NCBI GenBank assembly: GCA_002269645.1
Contig: NIVC01001823.1
Coordinates: 169,783-233,782, forward strand
DNA length: 64,000 bases
Direction: 5' to 3'
DNA from: Macrostomum lignano
Lineage: Eukaryota
Shown: one piece after another, positions 11,901 through 22,784 of the stretch
Layout: each line of letters begins with the position of its first letter
Numbering within the stretch: the stretch's first letter is position 1
Made by a program: the position numbers and the translations under genes
Notes under the pieces: model-generated
Databases searched by the model: none
What the model was told of the DNA's origin: nothing
What the model saw: only the letters and a program-made list of their open reading frames with translations

Positions 11901-14900
11901 CTGTACAGCACATGTAACAATATCAATTACTGTTATACTGAAGTATAACTCTGTAGCTACAGTGGTCCTTGCAAAAAATGTCCAACGGACAACTAAGTCA
12001 TCGAGTCAGTCATTGCTATTACGATGTGTATGTACTTCTTTGATCGAGATACATGTATGCCGTTCCAAGTGGATTTTCATTCTTCATAGGGAAGAGGAGC
12101 CTCCTAGAAAATTGAAAGCAATCAGCGAAGGTTTTTAATTTTATTTCTCTTTATTTTTGAGCTGTTGAATGCTATGCCTGTTGAATGGACATCGTCTCCC
12201 TCCAGTTGTAGCACTATACTATACCTTTCCTATTAATACCGGTCTGCGTTATGTATATCATAAACTATTTAAAAAAGCTTAAAACTAACGCATAGTTTTT
12301 CAAATAAAAGGTTTTTTAATTTTGTTATAAATTTTTTACAGAAAAAACAAGTTTTTAAAAACTTTTTGTTTTATTTTATGCAAAGTTAGCAAGTATTTTT
12401 TAATTTTTTCAATACTTGCAATTCCATTAACAACAATCCAAAAATTTAACAAAAACATCTTTTGAAATGCTTTAAACCTGTAATGTAGAAAACTACCGAA
12501 ACTCCTAACCAGCTAATTAGTAAAGACGAAAGACAAGTCCTAACCTAAAAATATCAGAATACTATAGGTTAACTGTAGCAGGTTTAGGTTTTACTTGTAG
12601 GTTCGTTAACTTTTTTTAGTACAAGTGTATGGCATTCCTCAAAGCTTAATATAATAATATGGAAGGCTTATTAAAAAAACCAATATGCTAACTATGCTAA
12701 CTAAAACGAGTTATTATGCTTGGCCATTTGGCCATTTAAAATAAAGAAACATTCCTGTCAACTATGTAGCTTTAAAGTAGGGCCTAACCATATATATTAA
12801 TGTATATTAGTATATATATCTAATAAATAAGTAGGCCTATCGCCTATACAGGGTCTAACAGGGATAGGCCTATATACATTGTCATTAGGCCTACATTGCG
12901 ATTGTCTTTGGTGAGCTATTTAGGCCTAATTTATGAATTTGGTATAGCCTAGTGCCTAGGCTAGGCCTATATTATGCCATATTGTTGCCATATCTCTAAC
13001 TAAATCTTTTTAAAAATCTTTTTAGACTTACTAAGCATTAAGGACAATTTAGACAAAATCTGCCACATGACTGAATGCTTAATAGGAAATAAGCATTGTG
13101 GGCAAACCTTGATGGGAAAAAACTTGCCAAGCAATTCACTCAGGCAAATTGGCATTGTCAAGATCCATAGGCCTTGGCCTACCGCCTAGGCCTAGTCAAG
13201 ATCATGGCATGCCTATGCCAGAATGAATCCTATCAAAAAAGTTTGCTTGCATTATCTATTGATCTGTTGAATCTGTTTCAGAGAATGAAGTGGGGATGGA
13301 GAAGATTTAGACTTTTAAATTGGCGGTTTGAATTGTTGGTTGACACTAGTAAGGTGGGGCGGATTCTATATCTAAATTTCTGCTGGCATTGTCTCGGCAC
13401 TCGTTAAGCTGGAAAATTGCACAAATTGTTGCGTTGAGTTTTCTCCTTGGATACTCTGTCTGCCTGGGTCCTCAATTCCAGGGGGAGGGTAGTTGTAATC
13501 ATAGTCAAGCAGTCTTGTAGTGGCCTAGGTTGTTCAGAATGGGTCATTAGACACCATAAACTCGTAATTTGTTGAGATTGCTAGTTGTGTTACTTTCAAT
13601 AGTAAAGTAGCGCTGCCACCACCGTAAATATCGTCTTATGGAATGTTAAGGGTCTCAAAGCTTTCTTTGAGTTGAGACTGATTGGTTATTTTATGCCTCG
13701 CGGGCAAAGAACTCAATATAAACTAGAGGCTTCAATTAAGACCAACTGGATAAATATTAATATAAAACTTATTATTATTGTTTGTTACTATTAGCGATCA
13801 ATTATTATTGTAGTCAATGATTAAGAAAATTATAATTTTCCAGGAGGTTAATAAGCAATTGACAAGTTAGTTGACTAATAAATGGATTTAGGCAATAAAA
13901 TGAATGTCGCACACTATTAAATTTGATGGATGATTATGAGACAGTGTGAAACAGGCAGTTAACTACAAATTCACAACTTAACTAAACAGAGGCAAGAGCA
14001 GGAAATAGCAGTAGTCGAAGGAGCAAAAGAAGAAAAAGTAAGTGCAATGATTTTTATACAAAATTGTTACATGGATCCAATTGGGAGAACACTGAGGGGA
14101 ACACTGAGGGGAACACAATTGGGAAAAAGGGGACAAACCCGGGAGGAACACAGCAAAACAAAGCGGGACCAAGGGAAGGGGCAACAATTGGACCAAAGGT
14201 GGGGGCAACGAGGGGAAAGCGCACAGTTCATCCAGGGAAGCAGAAATGATGTCAAATGTTGTCCCACCAGGTGGAGGCGCTTCGTGCGTCACCAACTGTT
14301 GCAGGAGCCCCAGTGGTAGACCGGCCTACCACAGAGAAAATGCAATGTAAATGTGTTTTAATTAAAAAAAGCTGTCAATAGGCCTATACTGGCAAACCAA
14401 TAAGTGCTATTAAAAATAAATAATATTCTAATTTTCTGTTTGTGAAAATATTTTTTGTTAAACATTTTTTCTTGGAACAAATTGTGTCAATTTTTTGTCT
14501 TGCATTGTACTGCACTAGATCCCTTCCCTTGCTTGCTGTTACGCCGGAAGGTGCCATTGTAGTGCATGTCCAACCCCTTTTTGTGCTGGAGTTTTCTATG
14601 AAAAAAGGCTATCTTCTTGACAATAGGTCAAGACCAAGGCACCAAGGCAAGACCAAGGCCAGAACAAATCCTATTAAAAAGTTTGATTGCACTATATGCT
14701 AGAATAGATCTTAGGGGGCCTATCAAATAAGATTGCTTATGCCATGTACTAGAACTTTTTTGTCAAAAAAACACAAACAAAAGTTAGTATAATACTTGTA
14801 TTTTCAGTTAAAAAATACTAGTAAAACTTATATTTGAATCTATTTTATAGAAAATATAATGTTGATATTAAATATATTTTATAAAAAGGTATCAATATAT

Positions 14901-16529
14901 TCAGAAGCTAAAAAATGCTCATTTTATATTAGCAAAATATTTGTTCTCTACCAGATTTTACCATTTTTTGTTATGCTCTACCTCTGTGCTATCTTTTTAA
15001 CTATAGAAAAATACAATGCTCTATTTGAATAAGTTCTTAAAGTTCCTTATTGGAACTTATAATTTTCAAAAACCTATAGACAGCAATACCAATGCAAAAA
15101 AGTTGCTTTAATATCTGACAAAAGTGCAAAAACATAATACCAAAGTTATGATATGAAAAATTGCAAAACATTGTGAAAATGACAAATGATGTCCAATATA
15201 AAAAGCCTAAAAAATGAAGTGTTCTGAAATGTTTTTAACTCTATATATTTAAAGTCTTAAATGATAATTATGTTACTCTTGTGGTATTGCTATCACTGCC
15301 ACCCATCAATTGCAATATGACACAATGTGCAATACTGCCTTCTACCACAATGTAACTCTAGTAAATATTGAAAATGCAATAGATGGTTATCTGAAATTTG
15401 TTAATTTATTCCAATAAGGTCAAAGTCCATAGATGCACATTAAACATCACACTGCACACTGAGTGCACCAAGCATAACATTGCATACCAAGCATCTTGCA
15501 AGAAGTATAAAGGGAAGTGGCCCTCATGGGTTAAGATTGCACAACAACCTCTTGGCCAATATCAAGAGGAAAAACTTGGTATTTAAATCTTGACTAGCAA
15601 ATCTTGTTAGACAATTTGTCTGTGAGGAAAAACCCATTGACTGAAATACATTAATATATTTTGTCCTTAGATTAGAAGACTAGAATTCAGTACAGATCAT
15701 GGCAAGTTTATACAAAAATAAAAATTCTAGTTTTATATTTTATGCTGACCTAAATAGGGCTAGGGACTAGCCTAAGGGCTGGACACTATTGATCCCTTAA
15801 TTTGAGTAACACTAAAGTAAGTTAAATTTTTAACACTAATTTGAATCAGTTTGAATTCAATGTATTTACATTTATGTCTAGATTATGATATATTCAGAGT
15901 ATTTGGTATCTAAGCCTATGGCTCTTTATTTTACCTTATTTTATATCTCAGGTTCTTAGCACTTTCTTAAATCAAGATTAAATTGAGAAAAGTATTTATT
16001 GATTGCAAGATTAAGATCTTGTCCAACCTCTAGACTGTAGCCTAATTCAATGATGCTAGTACCACATGCATGGTGTGCTAACTTTTCAAATTTAAATTCA
16101 ACTAGAATAGATAAGAAAACTTTTTTTATAAAGAACCAACTTCTAAATACTTTTTTAGAATTTCATAGAAAAAAACTTATAAAAATTGTAATACTGAATA
16201 TTCAAAAGTCAGGGTTTTTTTAATTTTAAATAGAAAAATAAAACAAAAAATGATGTAAGTCCTAGCTGTGTAAATAATAGGTAGATGCATTCCAGCAGAA
16301 TAACACAACAATAATTGTGGTATTAGTTAAAATGGATTATAATGCACTCACTATTAGATCCATTCCAACAGTTTGCTTACCTATTATTGAATTCATGCAT
16401 GCCCTCAGTCGGCAGGCGTTTCTCTCTGCCATCTTAGCAGCGTTCGACGAGATTTAAACTGAGATCTCGTGTGTTTTGAAGAATTTTCTCAAATCTTTTC
16501 TAAAAATTTCAATCGGTTTAGATTTCGGC

Positions 16530-17434
16530 ATGGATGCGGACTATGCAAACATCCCGGACGATATCGAAGGCTTCGATGCTCTGGCCGACCTGCCGCTGCA
16601 GAGCGCCGACGAGCAGACCCGGATGTGGCAGCAGCAGGGCCAGTACATGCTGTCCGACTCTGGCATTCACTCCGTCATGTCCGGCACCTCGGCCCCGTCC
16701 GTCTGCTCGCAGCCGATCGGAGGCTCGGACGAACTCGAAGCTCCCTGGCCGAGTGGGCCCGGACATCCCGGCAGCGTCGGCGCCGTTGAAGCCGCGTTCC
16801 CGCCGTCCGACCTGAGCGGCATGCTGAGTCCGGGCACCCCGCTGTCCAGCAGCGGCGGCACCACCAACACCCCGATCCCGCTGGACCAGGGCATCGGCGG
16901 CCCCGCCTCCAACCTCACCTCCATCGGCGGCAACTTCGACGAGGCGTCGGATTTGGCCGACGCGGCCTCGGCCCTGCCCGAACTGGTGCCGCTGCTCGAG
17001 GACGAAGATCCCGTGGTGGTCGGCCAGGCCTCCATGATGATCAACCAGCTGTCCAAGACTCGGCCGAATCTGGAGATCATCATCAACACTCCGGGCATGG
17101 TTGAGGCTCTGGTCAGGTCGCTGGACACGGCCGCTCCGGAGCCCGCCCGCTGGCTGGCCGGCACGCTGCATCAGATGTCGCAGACTCCCGGCGGCCTTGC
17201 CGTCATCTTCAAGACAGGCGGTGTGGCAGCCCTGATCAGACAGCTGTCTAGCAATATCGAAGTGATTCAGTTCTATTCTATTACCACTCTGCACAATCTG
17301 CTGCTGTATCAAGACGGCGCCAAGGAGCAGGTGCGCGAGTGCGGCGGTATTCCTGTCATTGTGGGCCTGTTGAAGAAGAATAATCAGAAATTTCTGGCCA
17401 TTTGCACCGACTGTCTGCAGCTGCTGTCGTTCAG
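16530..17434 (+). CDS. CTNNB1: beta-catenin (armadillo) coding exon 1 of 4
   Basis: Contains the DSGIHS phosphodegron and ARM repeats (LPELVPLLEDEDPVVV, FYSITTLHNLLLYQDGAK, KFLAICTDCLQLL). Phase-2 donor AG|GTTTAT at 17434/17435. Confidence 0.97.
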
Positions 17435-17499
17435 GTTTATGCATACATTGAATTTTTGCACTGTTTATTACACATTCAGATCCTCATTATGGTCCCAAT

Positions 17500-18065
17500 T
17501 TCGCATTTATACGAGTATTCCAATTCTCATGATCCCAATATCATGATCCCTTATCCCAAAGTTTATAATTCCAAATCTTCAAATTTCATAATTCCACATC
17601 CCAAGTCCCCTAGTCCCAGAATCCCAGATTCCAAACTACGAGTATCACATATCCCAAAGCCTATGACCATGATCCCACATCCTCAAACTTCAGTATCCCA
17701 AATCCCAATATTTCATAATTCCAGAATCCCAGATCCCAAAGAATCTCACATCATATTATCTCTTGATCCCACATCCCAGTCCCAATATCTCATGATCCCA
17801 GAATTCCAGATCCCAAAGTATCTCACATCCCAATATCTCATGATCCCAGAATTCCAGATCCCAAAGTATCTCACATCCCAATATCTCATGATCCCAAAAT
17901 TCCAGATCCCAAAGTATCTCATAATCCCAGATCCCAAGTCAATGATCCCATATCTTCAAATTTCATGATCTCACATCCCAAATTTCATGGTCGCTACATC
18001 AGTATTTCATAATCAAATTTCATAAGTCCCGATATAAGATCTTTATCCCTATTATTTTATGATCC
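17500..18065. repeat. Degenerate atcccag-rich repeat in beta-catenin intron 1, including a 48-bp triplication
   Basis: Repeated atccca(g/a/t) motifs; the QYLMIPEFQIPKYLTS x3 ORF is an artefact of this repeat. Confidence 0.8.
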
Positions 18066-18129
18066 CAATCAGAGAACTTAGATCCTCATCATCCCTAACA
18101 AAATATCCCCCATCGGTCACCGTCTGCAG

Positions 18130-18547
18130 GCATCCGCAGACCAAGCTTGAGATCTGCTCAGCCGGCGGCCCAGTGGAGCTGGTGCACATTCTGCTCAACT
18201 ACAACTACGAGAAGCTGCTATGGACTACCACTCGTGTGCTCAAGGTGCTCAGCGTCTGCCCGGAGAGCAAGGTGTCCGTGATCAGGGCTAACGGAATCGA
18301 CGCCCTGACCAAGCACCTGACCCGAGCTCCGCACGAGCCCCGCGGCCCCAACCCATCGCCGCGGCTGCTGCACAACTGCCTGTGGACGCTGAGGAACCTG
18401 TCTGACGCTGCCACCAGCCAGGAGATTGCCGGCCCCCTGTTCGAGCGGCTTATCAACCTGCTGGCCTCCTCAGATCACACTGTGGTATCGTGCAGCGCCG
18501 GCATTCTGTCAAATCTGACCTGCAATAATCAGAAGAGCAAGCAGCAG
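18130..18547 (+). CDS. CTNNB1: beta-catenin coding exon 2
   Basis: Acceptor tctgcag|G restores the Arg codon. Contains YEKLLWTTTRVLKVLSVC, NCLWTLRNLSDAAT and CSAGILSNLTCNN. Donor CAG|GTGAGC. Confidence 0.97.
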
Positions 18548-18739
18548 GTGAGCGTGTCAGCGGGTGTCATAAAAATGCCTAGATATTGAAGGTCAAAGCT
18601 TTAAACACTGGTGCCTTAGTTGCTTTGAGAGATATACATTTATGAGCTTTCAAATTGTTGGACATGCTGCCAAAGTTAGTGTCAGGTGACGCCTTAGAAT
18701 CAATTGATGTTAGGAGTTCTCATAAGGAATGAAAAAATT

Positions 18740-19500
18740 AGTGTGAGGAGTCGTCAAAAAGAATCAAAATTAGTGTCAGAAATCGTCATAAAGAATCAAA
18801 TTTCGTGTCAGAAGGCACCATAAAAAATCAAAATTAGTGTCAGAAATCGTCATAAAGAATCAAATTTCGTGTCAGAGGGCACCATAAAAAATCAAAATTA
18901 GTGTCAGATGGCGCCATAAAGAATCAAAATTTGTGTCAGATGGCGCCATAAAGAATCAAAATTAGTGTCAGAAGGCGCCATAAAGAATCAAAATTTGTGT
19001 CAGATGGCGCCATAAAGAATCAAAATTTGTGTCAGATGGCGCCATAAAGAATCAAAATTTGTGTCAGATGGCGCCATAAAGAATCAAAATGGCGCCATAA
19101 AGAATCAAAGTTCGTGTTAGAAGGCGCCATAAAGAATCAAAATTAGTGTCAGATGGCGCCATAAAGAATCAAAATTTGTGTCAGATGGCGCCATAAAGAA
19201 TCAAAATTTGTGTCAGATGGCGCCATAAAGAATCAAAATGGCGCCATAAAGAATCAAAGTTCGTGTTAGAAGGCGCCATAAAGAATCAAAGTTCGTGTTA
19301 GAAGGCGCCATAAAGAATCAAAATTAGTGTCAGAAAAGGTGCCATAAAGAATCAAAATTAGTGTCAGAAAAGGTGCCATATAAACAATCAAAACTAGTGT
19401 CAGGAAAGTGGCCATAAAGTATCAAAACTAGTGTCAGAAGGCGCCATAAAGAATCAAAATTAGTGTCAGATAACGCCAAAGAATCAAAAATAAGTGTCAG
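18740..19500. repeat. About 32-bp minisatellite (gtgtcagatggcgccataaagaatcaaaatt) in beta-catenin intron 2
   Basis: Direct inspection. Confidence 0.95.
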
Positions 19501-19579
19501 ATAATGGAACGTTTCCTAGAACTAGCTTTCGGTGACCTTAAATGACCCCAAGCCGCTGCTCAACTCAACCAAACCGCAG

Positions 19580-19912
19580 GTGTGCGCCAGCGGCGGCATC
19601 AAAGCCCTAATCGAGGCCATCAAGCGCTCCAACGATCAGGAGGACATCATCGAGCCCTGCGTGTGCGCCCTGCGCCACCTGACTGTCAGACACGACGAGG
19701 CCTGCCGAGCCCAGGAGTCGGTTCGCTTCTTCGACGGTCTGTCGGTTTTGTCTCGCTTGTTCGACGTGACCACCACCCTGTCAGTGCGCAAAGCCATCAT
19801 TAACCTGGTGCGCAACCTGGCTTTGTGCCCTGGCAACTGCGCCGATCTCAGGGAGAAGGGCGTTGTGGCTCAGCTGTGCGGAGTGCTGCAGTCCGCTTAT
19901 CGGGATATGCAG
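19580..19912 (+). CDS. CTNNB1: beta-catenin coding exon 3
   Basis: Acceptor ccgcag|GTG. Contains EDIIEPCVCALRHLT and LVRNLALCPGN. Donor CAG|GTCTGT. Confidence 0.96.
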
Positions 19913-20074
19913 GTCTGTTGGGTGGGGATTGTAATAATTGTAAATTATCTCATCCCTGTTCTGTGGGATTTCAGTTTCTTGACAATCCCCAATTTCTGGG
20001 ATTTTAGTTCCCTATTCTTATCGATCAATGCTTAAAGATACCATATGGAAAGATGCCTGTCTTTTAAATATCCT

Positions 20075-20430
20075 CCGGATTATGATTTATGAGATCCCAG
20101 CCCTTCAAGTATCCACTCAGATTATGATTTATGAGATCCCAGCTCTTTAAATATCCCCTCCAGATTATGATTTATGAGATCCCAGCCTTTTAAACATCCC
20201 CCAGATAATTATTTATGAGATCCCAGTCTTTTAATATCCCTTCCAGATTATGATTTATGAGATCACAGCCCTTTAAATATCCCCCAGATTATGATTTATG
20301 AGATCCCAGCCCTTTAAATATTCCCCCGATTATGATTTATGAAATCCTAGCCCTTTAATATCCCTTCCAGATTATGATTTATGAGATCCCAGCCCTTTAA
20401 TGTCCCCCCCAGATTATGATTTATGAGATA
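20075..20430. repeat. About 40-bp minisatellite (cagattatgatttatgagatcccagccctttaaatatccc) in beta-catenin intron 3
   Basis: About 9 copies visible. Confidence 0.93.
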
Positions 20431-20545
20431 CCAGTTGATTTATAAAGATCCCCAAATTCAGACAGATCCCACTAAGATCCCAATAGATGTTGAGCTCCCA
20501 AAATTTCTGCAAACGCTAGAGAAAAAAATGGTGGCCCCATTGCAG

Positions 20546-21394
20546 GTCGCCGCCAACGGCTGCCCACCCGAGACGGCATCTGGCAGAATCCGAGCCAGTC
20601 GCTGCGACGACCTGGCCGAAGCTTGCTGCGGCGCCCTGCAGCTGTTGGCCAGGGACCCCGACAGCCGGGCGGCTCTGTCTCAGCACTGCTGCCAGCTGCT
20701 GTGTCAGCTGCTGTTCCTGCCGACCCAGACAGAAGCGGTGCCCAGAGCTGCTCTCGGGCTGCTGTGGGAGCTGAGCTCGCAGCAGGAGGTGCCCAACTAC
20801 TTGGCCAGCCATGGAGTGGTTTTGAATCGCCTGGCTGAGCTGGCTCAGCACGGCACCAGCGAGCCTTGTCGGCAGTACGCCGCTCTGCTTCTGCAGCAAC
20901 AGCAGCAACAACAGCAGGCTGGAAGCAACAGCAGCAACATGATGCAGAATCTTCTAGTGGAAGCTTCTCCACCTTTGCCAATGCCGACTATGCCTCAGCA
21001 GCCTCCGCCACCTCCGCAGCCTCCTCAGCATCAGCAGCAGATGATGTACCAGCAGCAGGGCTTCCAGACTCTGCAACACTATCCGCAGCCTCTGCAGCCT
21101 CAGCCGCAGCAGCAGCAGTACCAGAGAATGCCTGTGAGCATGGGCAGCTACCCTATGATGCAGCAGCAGCAGCAGCCTCCGCAGTATCATCACCCAGGCA
21201 ACAATGGCAATGGCTACTACACCCTGCCTCATCACCATGGCGGCCACCAGCAGCACCAGGCCTGGCAGCAGACCAGCAGCTCATCCGGACACAGCTCCGG
21301 GTTTGCCAGCCCAATGCAGCACCAGCAGCAGCAGCACATGTACAATATGCCACACTCCATGTCTGGCGGGCACACGCCAATGTTCGAGGATTAA
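20546..21394 (+). CDS. CTNNB1: beta-catenin coding exon 4 (ARM 11-12 and Q/P/H-rich tail); spliced CDS 2505 nt = 834 aa
   Basis: Acceptor ttgcag|GTC. Contains EACCGALQLLARD and QYAALLL. TAA at 21392-21394. Exon lengths 905+418+333+849 keep the frame. Confidence 0.93.
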   Translation, partial: VAANGCPPETASGRIRASRCDDLAEACCGALQLLARDPDSRAALSQHCCQLLCQLLFLPTQTEAVPRAALGLLWELSSQQEVPNYLASHGVVLNRLAELAQHGTSEPCRQYAALLLQQQQQQQQAGSNSSNMMQNLLVEASPPLPMPTMPQQPPPPPQPPQHQQQMMYQQQGFQTLQHYPQPLQPQPQQQQYQRMPVSMGSYPMMQQQQQPPQYHHPGNNGNGYYTLPHHHGGHQQHQAWQQTSSSSGHSSGFASPMQHQQQQHMYNMPHSMSGGHTPMFED

Positions 21395-21864
21395 ATTCGA
21401 CTGGGCCAGACCGGACAGACTGTTGTTGCTTCGTACACTTTGCTTCACGAACAGTTTTCTCTTGTTGAAATTTTTGTTTCTGTTTGTGTTGTGTTTGTTT
21501 ATTATTTTATTTTTAAATCCCAAACGTTTTTATTCAAGAAAATCACTGCGTAGGCGGCCCCCTCCTTCGGTTTCAACAGCCGCCGCCTCCCTCGCTAAGC
21601 TCTCGTTTTGTTGTTGTCGTGTTTTTCTGCTATTTTCGAATTTTCTGATAAAGCCTTTTTGCGAGCGTTTTCATTTTCTTCTCTCTCCAAAGTTTCGATT
21701 GTTAAAGTTGGCCGGGATGCACCGGAAGTGCTTGGACTTCTGCATCTCCTTTCCGACTTTGGTTTCGCTGTGCAATTCGCACTTTTCTTCTGTCTTTGTC
21801 CAGTTTCTTTTGCTGCATCCCAAGTCGAGGCTGAGAAGGCTTCTTTCAGATGCAGCAAATTGGC

Positions 21865-21878
21865 GTTGCCATGGTAAC
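21865..21878. promoter_or_regulatory. RFX X-box consensus match GTTGCCATGGTAAC, downstream of the beta-catenin stop
   Basis: 14-bp match to the X-box palindrome. Function is not shown. Confidence 0.35.
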
Positions 21879-22784
21879 TAATCTGTTGTTGTTTTGTGTT
21901 TTATTGTGTACTTTTAATTAAGTTGTTTTCTATTTTTAATAACCAAACTAATAATAATAATACTAATAATCTGTAGTACTACTGATTGAATTTCTAATAT
22001 AGCTTTCGCCAGTGCCTATTTCTGCTATAATTGTACAAACAAATCAATCAGCCTTTTAGCTTTGCCTCTTCTATGCATAGAACTGAATTGCTGCAGAAGT
22101 GCTAATCCTGTACTGTGCCTTGCTAGCACAATATTTATATTCATTTATTTATTTATTTTGACAATATTTACATGTACTGCCTTATTAATTACATCTGCTA
22201 TCAGCTCTATACTGCCTTCTGTCTGACTGACTTAAATATTTCATCACACCTGTACCTGTCTGTAGCCGTGGCGCCTTTGAATTCTTTTATCGATATAACC
22301 GCATCAACTAGCCTTAATCCCCATGAGTTTAGATTAATCCCTTGTCCTTTTAGCTAGTTGCTCATTATGGCCATAGTTAATTCTTAAAAACCAGTGCGGA
22401 ACTGCTTTGTAAGCCTTATTATATAGTATATCTTTCTGCATAAATATTGTGTGAATTTCGTACACGCGAACTTTTAAATTTTAATAATTTCAACTGTTCG
22501 TTTCGATTGGAAAGTTTTCAAGTGTATAAATCATAAATCACTATTTGTTAAAAATCGCTGTCTATGATCGTAAAACTATATTATTAAGTGCAAAATAATT
22601 TGGCTGCAGTTTTTGGTTTTGAAATACACCATCTGCATCTGTGAGAATGCTGCTTTGTTAAAATAAGTGCGACAGTGCTCTTCTCTCTGCGAGTCTGCAG
22701 TTTTAAACATTACATTTTGTTCTTTGAAATTTACTGCGTAGTTTTTTGTTTTATTAATGTGGCCAGAAACGATAAGAGAGGTTA

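Noticed and set aside
16469-21523. Antisense and alternate-frame ORFs over beta-catenin (also over SOD2 and RPS7)
   Set aside because: Shadow ORFs expected from GC-rich codon usage.
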